Shown: positions 50,288 through 61,500 of the stretch, piece by piece
Layout: the number at the start of each line of letters is the position of its first letter
How positions within the stretch are numbered: position 1 is the first letter of the stretch
Assembly: GCA_900088475.1 (NCBI GenBank)
Contig: FLMG01001397.1
Span: 44,158 to 108,157, forward strand
Reading direction: 5' to 3'
DNA length: 64,000 nucleotides
From: Hyphochytrium catenoides
Taxonomy: Eukaryota > Protista > Hyphochytriomycota
Made by a program: the position numbers and the translations under genes
The notes under the pieces: model-generated
What the model was told of the DNA's origin: nothing
Databases searched by the model: none
The model's input: only the letters and a program-made list of their open reading frames with translations

Positions 50288-50303
50288 TCACTTTTCAATT
50301 TCC
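50288..50303 (+). promoter_or_regulatory. Oomycete-type core promoter INR+FPR supramotif
   Basis: TCACTTT-TC-AATTTCC matches YCAYTYY-NN-MWTTTNC exactly, on the sense strand 78-93 nt upstream of the sugar-porter ATG. Confidence 0.65.
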
Positions 50304-50380
50304 CAGGAGGAGCAGAACTGCCCCGGCAGCACTAGCTGGCTTTGCAATAGACATTACTCTGTCAGTCACACCGAGGTAAC

Positions 50381-51967
50381 ATGAGCACACCCGAAGGTCC
50401 CCGCCGGTCAGAGAACCGGTACTCTGACCCAGCTGTCAAGCTGCAGAAAGAGGATGATGGCCCAGGCAACAATACCTTTGTAGTTCTGGTCGTGCTCTTC
50501 GGTGCTATCGGAGGTATCCTCTTCGGTCTGGATCAGGCCAACTTCTCAGGCGCGATGGTCAAGGATGACTTCGTTCAAGATTTCTGCTATGACACCTACG
50601 GCAATGTCACGATGGGTGGAACATCCACATGTAATATCATTGAGTGCGGACAGGAAGCCCACCCTGACTGCAGTCAGCCTTCTGGCTATACCAACTTCAT
50701 CGCCTGGAGTGCATCTATCATCCCTCTTGGGGCGGTGTTCGGTACTCTCTTTATCGCTCCGTACATCACAAGGCGCTTTGGTCGTCGTTTTGCTCTCTCT
50801 TTCGGCTCCATTTTCGTCTCCGCAGCGATGCTGTGGTGCGCCTTGGCAGGAAGTCCTACCCAGTTTCTTATTGCACGTGCTCTGACCGGTCTGGGAGTTG
50901 GCTGTGTCACCTATACGCTCCCAATGTACAACTCCGAGATCGCACCTGCTAGCATCCGTGGTGCCCTCGGTGTAACCATGCAGCTGGCTTGTGTCATTGG
51001 TTCTCAGATTGCGACCGCCTATAACATTCCAGACTCCACGTCCTGGAAGGTCTCTATTGGCGCCCCCATCGTTCCAGCAATGATTGTGGGTATCGGTATC
51101 TGGTTTATGCCAGAGAGTCCTCGTTACGTGATGCAGACTAAAGGCACTGAGGCAGCCAGGGCAATCCTTGTTCGCGTTAGAAGGACTCAGGCTGTAGACA
51201 ACGAGATCATGTACCTGCAAGAGGCGCTAAAGCAGGAGGAAGAAGAGCAGCCCTGGAGCACACTCTGGACCGATGCATCCATCCGCAAGCGTGTGATCAT
51301 CGCTAACCTTCTTCAATGGTTCCAACAGTTCACGGGTATCAATGCTATGGTTGGCTTTGGTCCTACTGTCTTCATTAGTCTTGGTCTTGCTCTGGACGCC
51401 AATGTCGCCAACTTCATTGCAAACGGCTTCAATTTGATTGGAACCATCGTTATGATGGGTGTTATTGACAGAGTTGGTCGCCGTCCTCTCCTCATTGCTG
51501 GCGCTATTGTCATGCTTTTGACAATGGGAACTGCCGGTGTTGCCCAGCTCGCGTGGCCTGTAGCAGAGGGACAAAAGTCTCCTACCAAGGCTACCTTCCA
51601 GTTCGTCCTGCTCTGCATCTATTTCCTGGGCTTTGCCATTGCATGGGGAGGTTGCGCATGGGTCATCCCATCCGAGATTTTCCCAATGGACGTGAAAGAG
51701 AAGGCACTGGCAACCTCCGTGGGCTCTCAGTGGTTCGCTAACTTTGTCATCGCGCAAATTGTGCCCCACATGATCGAGGACTGGGGAATTGGGTGGACCT
51801 TTATTTTCTTCGCTTTCTTCCTCTTCGCTTCCATTTTCTTTGTCCACTTCATGATCCCTGAGACTAAGGGTGTTGAACTCGAGGACATGGACAAGCTATT
51901 TGGACCAAGAAAGTATCTTTCCAAATCTTTGCCTGTCACCCCTGGGGTCCCTGGCTCTAGCCCTTAG
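50381..51967 (+). CDS. MFS sugar porter (SP family, hexose-transporter-like), intronless, 528 aa
   Basis: About 12 hydrophobic segments. Motifs GGILFGLD, RRFGRR, PMYNSEIAPASIRG, PESPRY, QQFTGINA, IDRVGRR, WGGCAWVIPSEIFP, PETKG. Confidence 0.96.
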   Translation: MSTPEGPRRSENRYSDPAVKLQKEDDGPGNNTFVVLVVLFGAIGGILFGLDQANFSGAMVKDDFVQDFCYDTYGNVTMGGTSTCNIIECGQEAHPDCSQPSGYTNFIAWSASIIPLGAVFGTLFIAPYITRRFGRRFALSFGSIFVSAAMLWCALAGSPTQFLIARALTGLGVGCVTYTLPMYNSEIAPASIRGALGVTMQLACVIGSQIATAYNIPDSTSWKVSIGAPIVPAMIVGIGIWFMPESPRYVMQTKGTEAARAILVRVRRTQAVDNEIMYLQEALKQEEEEQPWSTLWTDASIRKRVIIANLLQWFQQFTGINAMVGFGPTVFISLGLALDANVANFIANGFNLIGTIVMMGVIDRVGRRPLLIAGAIVMLLTMGTAGVAQLAWPVAEGQKSPTKATFQFVLLCIYFLGFAIAWGGCAWVIPSEIFPMDVKEKALATSVGSQWFANFVIAQIVPHMIEDWGIGWTFIFFAFFLFASIFFVHFMIPETKGVELEDMDKLFGPRKYLSKSLPVTPGVPGSSP

Positions 51968-52592
51968 GTGAGGCTTGCCATCTGAATGAGAGCTGATAAA
52001 CAGGATAGACATTGTGGAAGGTTGGAGATGAGGCAGCGACCGCTGTCATGTCCTCACTCGAGACTACCTGCAGTCCGTTTCCTATCGTTGTCGTAGCTCG
52101 TCCAAACTCCTTTTCAAAGTGAGCGGCGCCGCTTGCCAAATGATGATTTGTCTTAGTCAGCCGTATGCCTGTTAGATTTTCGGCGCGGTTGACCTACTCT
52201 ACCTCCAGCTTTTTAGTAAATAATGCAAACCCCGATTCCAAAAGCGCACAGACTTTAATCTATTACTTAGTCTTCTCCTAGTTTGCAGACATTATCCGCA
52301 GCATCATGACAAGAACTATGAGAGCTAGCTGGAACGCTCAATGCTGTCGATAACGGTAGTTAGGATTAAGAATTATGTAGGCACGGCGTCAACCAAGCAG
52401 CGTAATACTTCTGCCGGAAAGTGAATTTCATTACTTTGTTAAAGTAAAACATAGAGACAAAGAGGAAAGAAAGGTGCAGGAGCTAGCTTGCCTTAGCAGA
52501 GCAACTCGATTCTTTCCTCAGCTTACTGACTAGCGATGGCAAAAGTACAAAGGTGTGCGGTGCTCGCCTTCAAGAGGAGGTACTATTGCTCC

Positions 52593-55500
52593 TCAATTGG
52601 TCTCTTTTTCGGGTACGGTTCTCTCTCCACTTGTAGCTGCTCCTCTTTTCCTGCAGCAGCAGTAGTAGGACACGCCAATCAATAACAGAAGTCCCGCCAC
52701 AGCTCCGCCAATGGCACCGTAGAGTGCGACTTTGGAGTCCTGAGTTTCTTCCTCTCCTCCTCCTGAGCCAAGTACTGGCGTGTATTCAACGGCAAATGTC
52801 ACGCCGCTCACCTCCCCAACCTGGTCAGGATCCTGAACAATGCTCGTCTCAAGAAGCGCGTCGGAAACGGTGTTACGGGCTCTTACAGGATCTGACATGA
52901 CGGCGGCGACAGTCTGAGCGACCTCCTTACTGGTTGTCTTAGTCTCAAAGACAACGTACAACTTGGGCTCCCCGCTATCCTGAAGTTTACGCTTTGCGGT
53001 CTTTTCTGGAGGGGGAACCGTTCCCACGTAGACAATGGTGACAGCCGCTGGGTCAATGCTCATTGATTTGGCCAGCGTTTCTGTAAACTCTTGCTCTTTT
53101 GCCTTGAATTGCTCCACGGTCACGCCCTTCATAGAGGTTGTCGCCTCAATGACGTAAACTGGGATTAACTCCTCCTTAGTGGTCTCTGCTTTTGCGGGTG
53201 TGGGAGCGAAAGTGGGAAATATTTCCTCAATGGGGCGCGTGGGAGCTGGTGGCGTGGGGGCGCGGGTTGGTCTTGGAGTAGGAGAAGAAGTGGGCTGTGC
53301 AGTTGGCTGTGCAGTTGGTTCGCGTGTTGGTGTAGGCGTTGGCTTAGGAGTAGGTGCAGACGTAGGGGCTGGTGTCGGCTCTTCAGTATAGCTGCTAGCG
53401 TCAGCCCAGGACCGGAAGAGGTCACTGTCGTCTCTGGGCGCCAGGTACAATCTGCTACAATCCTCACCGACGTAGTTAGGCCCACAAAGACAGACTGCTT
53501 CGTTAGACCCATTCTCTGTGCATACTCCCTGACCATTGCATGGCATTCCATTAGCTGTAGGACAGAGTATCTGTGAGCAGTCCGCCCCAGAACGACTTGA
53601 CCGGCAAGAGCATGCATTTTCAATGCCACATGTTCCAGCGAAGTTGCAATGGTTAGGGCAGCCAGAGCTACAAGTGGAGCCCGAGAAGCCGCACTTGCAT
53701 TTGCACTCACTTGCTTTGGTGGTCGTGTTGTAGAAACAAATGCCGTTCTCGCAAGCTCCTGGGCAGCTAAGTGTCTCCCGAGCATTGAAGGTAGCGTCAT
53801 CTACACGTGCGATGGGGAAGTACACACCAGGTGAAGAGACAGTGGCGCACAGACCCTCCGCGGACATTGAAACCGTGGTGTTGACAATGGTCCAGGCGTT
53901 GGTGGACACTTCATAGCGGGCGAAGTCAAGAACTGGATATCCGTAGTCAAAGACACGGAGCTTTCTGGACAGACAGAGCGCCATCGAATTGAAGGTACCA
54001 TTATCGTTTACGGACACTCCATTACCATCGCCCAAGAGCTGAGCCCAAGCGACTCCGTTAGAATTGCGGATTGGCAGGCTATGGATCATATTGGTGGGGT
54101 TAAGCGCAGTGCCATTCGTGCAGGGCTCGACGACGGTCTCAAAGTCTCCGGAACTGACGAAGGTCAAAGTAACGGCCATGCTTATAGAGTTAGAACCAGA
54201 TTCTCCCGCCGATTCTGTCAGCATTCGGCGCTTCTTCTCTCCCTGTTCAATCAAAGCTTCAGAGTTCGCTGACTGGCAGGTAGTGTTCAGCTTGGCATAA
54301 AAGCAAGTGCCCTGAAGTGCCTTCTCTTCTCCGCAGAATGAGCTGGTGACACCTATAACATTCGAGTCGGCGTTACCGAAGCAGCTTTCACCCAGGGAGT
54401 CTCCACCGCTGAACCCGCAGTCACAGATTATGTCGTCGAGTCTTGTGGATATCATGTTATACTTGGAGAGTAAGATGGTCTTCCAGGTGCTTGCTGCACG
54501 CTTGATCAAGGGTGTCGCCAGTTCAGCCTTTAGTCTCCATTCTGCAATCATTGGCTGCCAAGAGTTAACTGTGGTCAACTCGCTCTTCTGCAACCAGGTC
54601 AGCGGTGTGACAGTTGGACCTCTCCAGCGCCCACTCTCCCATTGGTACTTGGGCTCAATAGATCCACTGCAGGCATCACATTCTTCTTCACTCTTGAAGC
54701 TAGACCGAAATTGCTCTCGACAGCCAAGGTATTGGTAGCAATCAGCTTCAGTTTTAGGCTCAGAGACCCATCTCGTCCTGTTCTGCGGGGTCGACAGCTC
54801 CTGACACTGCCCCTTTGTCGTCACCTCAGGAAGGTAACACCCACTGACCTTCTTATTGGCCTCAGGACACTCAGCTTTCCATGCAGAGACACAAATGCCA
54901 TCCTTGTAGACGCGCTGAGACCAATCACACCACTCCGTATCGAAGTAGGAGTAGGCGTAGTTGGTGTTGGTATCATTGACAATCTTCAAATAGCGGGCAG
55001 TGCACCTATGTGCCTCGTGCTTCCAGGACGGATCTGTGCAGCTGCAAAGATCTTCCCGTAGCTCATACCAGCCATTGCATTGACCTACGGACTCACAGAT
55101 CTCCTTGGTGGGAGGCTGGAACCAGCCATAGTAGCAGCGCAAGGCGGAGGTGACTGGATGGGAGGGGTTATTGCAGTCCTCTCTGGAGCTTGTATAGTTT
55201 GTGCACGAGAGCCATCGCAGGTCACCTGTTTCGCTGGAGCACTCAGCAGGATTGACAATAGAACGCAAGTATTCATGATTGTTCGTGCTGTTAAAGCAGC
55301 CGCCGCGTTGGGTTTCCGAAGACCAAGTATAACACATTTCCGTCCAGCGATCACATTGCGCCACGTTGAGTTGCTGACACTGGTCTTTAGTCCAGCCTTG
55401 ATTTGAGTACATGCCGGCATTGCATATTCCTTGCTCACACTCTGCTTCATTGTTCAGTCTTGATGGAATGTATGTCACGTCTAGACTATTGTAGGTGCCA

Positions 55501-58500
55501 GTCACCGTGTTCCCAGAGCCGTCCACCATGGTCTTTGCTTCACAACTTTCCTTGGTCATCCACCAGTTTGAGCAGACCCCAGTTCCATTTCCCCCCTCAG
55601 AATACCAGTAGAACCAGTTTGCTTGGCACACCGACTCATTCACAGCAGGAAAGTAGCATCCTCTGTTGCAAGAGACCGAATCCCAGTACTTAGCTGGCTT
55701 CTCATTTAGTCCTTCCAGATAGTAAACCTTGGGCTTGTTTGGATTGGGGCAGTAGTCCTCCGGAGCAGGGCCTTCCTGGGTGGAGGTGAAACAGCTCCAT
55801 CCATTGTACGAAGGGGAATCTTGCTCCGCTTTAGTGTGTCGATAGCATTGTTGGCTCCAATCTCCCTGGCGCTGCTCCCAATGTCCACCAGCTTCAAGGC
55901 AAGCGGTCTCACTCCACATGTTGAGAAGGCAAGCTTGGTCGCGCTGGTTCCACATGGGCCAGCAGGGCCCATACTGGCACTGACCGCACATGTTTCGATT
56001 AGGGTTATTGCACTCCTGTCCGGGCTGCACTGTTGCGTCATTACATGTCTGATAGGATAGGCATGCCGTTTTGTTCGCATAAATCACTTTCTCGCCACAG
56101 CACGTGGAATACTTGCGCTCGCAGTCAATGCAGTCGGAGTATAGCTCCATGCATTCGTTGTAACACCACTGTACATCGTTCCAGTACAGGCGGTCCTGAC
56201 AGTAGGTGTAATCCCCTGAGCTTGTCATGCGCCCAGTACAGCAGTATCCATAGTTGGGATTCTGCTGTACCCACGTCCCATTCGCGGCCTCGCAGCAGGT
56301 CGGGTTGTCAATGCTATAGCTAGGGGGCCCACCAGGAGGAATATAAGAGCAAACGTCCTTCTCAACTCCATTCTCAGTGATCTTGACAACATAAGCATCT
56401 TTAGGACAGCAGATGTCACCGGTTTGCCCACTAATCCCAGGGATCCATGTTCCATTCATCACCGATTCGCATCCTTCCCTAGTATAGAGTGACCCACATT
56501 TTTGATAGCACCGCTGATTTTCATCGCAGGGAAGCTTCTGGTCCGGGAACTGGCAGGTTGAATATTGGCAAACGCCGTTAGTATCCTTCCACATGCATGT
56601 CCAAACTCCACCCTCTGCTGCACAAGTGAGAGCGTTATCCACTCTGAAAGCTGAGTCCGTGGACTGCTTATATGAGATATACTGCCAACTGCTGCAAACG
56701 TTATCCTTTTGACAGTCTGGGTCACACCGATACTCCATGCGAGTGTAGCCAATGTCGGAGTGCCAAGACTCGGGTCCTGAGCACGTAGACTCCGTCATTC
56801 TGTCTTGGAAGGCAAGGGCAAACTCAGTGTCGTTTGTAGCGTCAGTGACATTCCAACCCTCCTTAAGATAGCCTACAAGGACTGGGTCCATGGACTCCTG
56901 GTAGCACTCTACGATGCAGGTACCCCACACGTTCCATGGCTGACTGCAAGTGCCTGTGGATTTTCCTGTCTCTATTTGGCATTTGATCAAGGAGCAAGAG
57001 CCACAATCGGAGTCCTTCTTGCACGTCTTGCCCCCGACAGAAGATAACTCGGCGTTGCACTTGGTGGAGACCTTATTGACCTCTGTCCACGGATCGGTGT
57101 TCATGTTCTTGGTCAGTGATTCTGTACATTCCTGAGCAGATTTCATATCTTCCATGATCGATGCCATCATAGATGCAACGCGGCTTGGGTGCTTGCATCG
57201 GCTGATGGCGTCATCCTTTATGCCCACTACCACGTCGATAAGACCGTCGGGGATGTCCTTTGGCCTGCAGCACATGTAGGATTGGAGCTCATAGTTGCAG
57301 CAAGGATCTGTTTGATAGTCTGGGTTTGGTACATGGACTCCCAGGGTTTCATTGTAGATGCTCCAAGGCTGACTGCAATAAGAAGGGACATTTTTCAGGT
57401 AGGTCACCTGTTTGCCAGTGATAAACATGGAGTTCAGAAGGCGCAGTCCATCGTCGTAGGCCGGCGCCTTGGTCTCGATTGCTGCGGCTAGGTAGTTGTT
57501 AAGGAGACCCTCAAAGGAGGTGACATCGGTGTCAAGTCTTTGAGCTCCTTCTATAAGAACTTGAATGACCTCGCTAAAGCGTGAAGCATTCAACGTTAAT
57601 GGCTGTTCATCGAGCTTGAAGAGTTTGCATGGCTCCACGCGTGAGGAGCAAGACTTATCCTTGCAACTTTCTTCGTAGAACATGGGCATTAGACGCACTC
57701 CAGCGGCTCCAGAAGCGAGGTAGTCCTCCGTGATGCCGCAATAGCCAAGCTCTCTTGCGCGGGTGTTGTTATAGTTGATAGATTGAGCGATTCCTGAGGA
57801 ATAGTACTCATTGGAACATATCAGTTGCTCATTCTCATAGCTGCTTGTCCCATAGGTCATCGTCTCAGAGAGGCCCAGCATAAACTGAATTACACCTTTC
57901 TTCCTTCGCATGGATGATGGCACCAGCTTGATGAGGTCGAGATTACTAAAGTCTTGTAAGCCTTGGTTATTAGGTTGATTGGTCCCAGAATAGCGGAATC
58001 GCAGAAGCTCCGCAAGCAGCGCCCACTTGGCTGGCTCCTCGGTTGGTGGGAGCATCTGAAGAGACCTTTGGCTTACAATTCGGAGTCCCCAATCCTGTTG
58101 GCATTGTACATTGTTAGGCTGGCTCCAGGGTGCCACCCTGAAGCCTTGTCGGGACTCATCTGTCAGTGTTCCGTTGATCAAGAACAGCTCTGCGTAGGTA
58201 GGCAGCTGCAGCGAGCCATTATACTGATTTTTGATTGTCGGGAAGACATACGGCAGGACGTCCCAGATTTGCATGGATGTGAGGTTCGTCAAAGAAACTT
58301 CCGTGCGTCCCATTGCCAGGTCTTGCAAGAGAGAGAGGACAAGCGGATCTAGCTTATTCATCTCGCTCGTTGGCATGGTGAAGAGTGGATTGCCATACTG
58401 AAAGAGGATGCCAGGAGGTTCGCCGTTCTCATCGCCGTTGGATACGAGTGGGCACTCAAAGACCGCGTATCTAATGGAAGTAAGATGCTTGGCGTTGACG

Positions 58501-61500
58501 TCAAACTTGTGGATCTTATACTCGCAATTGTTTGGAACCTTGGTGTAGGAGAAGTTGGGGCCCTGAGGGACATAGTTGTCACAGCCAGGATCGCCCATAT
58601 CCTGAGCCCTTATGGCAGCGCAATACTCAGCCACGTAAGAATCACACTGCTCTGCGGATGCCCTGTCTGTCACTCGTGCGCAGGGTGCGTAGAAGCAAGG
58701 CGAACCCGCCAATTGAGACGAATTAGAGCTGTTCTGTGAGACTGATACTGAAAGCCCCTGCAGAAGGTTATTGGCGCAGAAGGGGCATGTGTTGGTCTGA
58801 TAAGGTGGAGGAAGGATGCACTTATGACAGGGCTTCCCTGGAATCGGGCATACAACCCTAGATGAGTCATAAGTGCACGAATCCTTTGCGCAGTGTCCAA
58901 CCTTCTGAGGATCCCAGCCCTGTTGCATGTCGACATTGAATTTGCCGCTGTCACAGCTCTCTCCCCAGGTAACAAATCCATCCCCGCATACAGAGAGCTC
59001 GGACTTACAGCTCTGCGCATGCGGATTGTGATTGCAATATGTCACGGTAGTGTTGACGCAGCGTAGTATCTCTTCCCAGACGCTGCATTTTGGGATCAGA
59101 GTCATGAGGTTCTGATGGTGAAGAAGGTTAAATGGCAGGGGAGCAGGCTTCGGCAGACCGAGGTTCTCATTGTTTCCATATTGAGGATTGTAATGTCCGG
59201 TCTCAAGCAGAATGCCAACCAGCTCTCTCTTGAACTGCATGCATGCGCCTTGTTCCAGCGTGCACAATCTGGTGCTGACGAGCGCATTGCAAGCAGAGCT
59301 AGTGCAAGGGCATGACTCTCCTCTGGTGCAATCATGTGGACAGGGCCTCTGGCAACCTGGGTCATCGTTCTCATTGCAATACTTCCCAATGGCTCGTGCA
59401 CAGGCCTGCTTGTTTAGACTGAAGTCGCATTTGCGAGAAAGACAGTTCACTAGGGACTGGAAGCTTTGATGATCCGATGGACTGTCTGGTCCGGAAAAAC
59501 TTTGCATTTGTGCCCTGCAAGCATCATTCCTGGCACAAGCTTCAAGCTGGCTCTTACATGCGGACATAGGGCAGTAATAACCAGTGATAGAAAGCAGCCC
59601 AGTGCTTGGGATATTATAGTTATAACCTCCTTGAGAGCCTCCTTGGTTGCCTCCTGACGTAGAGTTGCCGCCGGTGGGGTAGTCATATCCCCCACAATGG
59701 CTTTGTTTCTGTTCTTTCTCGATCGACGTGATCAGCCAGCTCCAGATGTTCGCCAACGATAGAGCACTAAACTTATTAAAAGCAAGCAAGCCGCCCTTGG
59801 GCTCCCCTTCAGCGGAGCGTATTAACAGCTCAGGAGGAGGAGGAAGCAATGCCGTTTCGCAGATCATATTCCAAGGATAGAGAAGGGCCTTATCAGCTAG
59901 CGGTACCGAGATATTCGTGGACTGAAAGAGCACACCTTGCAATGTCTTAGCAAATCTGCAGAAGAGAGCCTTCGGCTCTGGGTCGACAATCTTGACATAG
60001 TCCTCCAACCCAGAGGCACATTGACGCTCCTCTATGCACTGAAGCAGTCCCGATTCCTTAAGGTCCTCCATATCAAAGAGATCCCCCATCGCGTCGCCCA
60101 TGACTTCCCAAGGAAGCAAGGAAGTTATGGCCTCATAGGTACGATTGCAATTGGCCTGCTCACCGCAAGCCTGCAGTGATGAAGAGCAGGACCTTGAGAC
60201 ACAGCTTCCTATGAAGGACTCCACAGTGGGATATCCTTCAAGGAAAGAGGCATTCGGAGCACAGTGACTGACACCACAGCCGTAAAAGCTTTGGAAGGTT
60301 TCATGGTTAGCACCATCCGCAGGATTGTGCCCACTAAGGACTGCCATCATCGTAGGGGAGCAAGTGGGACTAGCCCTACAGCTCTCAAGCTGCGATTGAC
60401 ACTTTTTCTCCAGACATTCCTGAACCTCAGGCGGTAGGGTCATGTTGAGATTGCTCTGCGGCAGGCATATGCGGTCAAAAGGATCGAAGAAAGGAAGGAG
60501 GCCGGAGAAGAAGACGCCACACACAATGTTGAAGGGGTAGGGCAGGCGGGCTTGCAGGACACCTTCTGAGACATTCATAGGGGTCGACGAGTTCATTTCA
60601 TATCCCATCCCAGCTTGAGCCAGAATTATCGGAAAGCTTCCCAACGCGGGCGCTCCACCTTCCATATAGGCCGAACTTCCATTAGCTAGGTCATATCTCA
60701 CCATGTCAGAGAAGAAGTTCATAACCGTCCTGAGGTGCTCAACGTCCTCTGCACTCTGCGAAGAGCACCCATAAGAGCCGGTGTTCTCAGAATAGCCACC
60801 GTTGCTTCCCCCGCCATAGTAGGTTCCATTACTCCCAGCAGAGTAGTTGGTAGAACTTGTTGAGTTGGTCGATAGCTCGTAGTATGAATATTCTGTAGGC
60901 TTGACGTCAGTCTGAAGACGACGGGGCTTTGATGACTGCTGTTGAGGTGTCGACGTGACTGTCTGCTGCTGGCTCTCAACATACCGAGCGCCTGCGATTA
61001 GCATTTCCATCAAGTTTAAGAAGGAGCTAACTCCAAACCTTGCCAGCTTAGGGACCACCATATCTTGCTCCTTGGGTGTAGAAGTGACTGCTTCTATCCA
61101 ATCCTTGGGTGGAGCCAACGGAGGAGTCGAACAGATGATGTTCCAAGGGTAGAAGAGGGCACGATTGTCGATGGTGTCATAGGAGTAGTGCTCTTGGCTC
61201 AGAAACCAGCGTTGAAGCAAATGTCCACGCCAGCAGAGATGCCCAAGAGGGTCACTAGGCACTTGCATTGGGCCCTTGCAGCCTTCAATGCAGGAGAGTA
61301 TCCCGGATGCATTGAGTGCGCTCAGGTCAACAAGAGGATCTCCAAAGACAACATTATCAGAAGCTGTCAGGGACGACAGATACCCGTTGGTCACATTTTG
61401 GCACTTAGGGTCTGCCGCGCAGGAATCGATCTGTGCGCTGCACTGACTAGAGAGACAGGTGCCCAAGGACTCGTCAATACTTGGCAAGGAGGTCTCGAAC

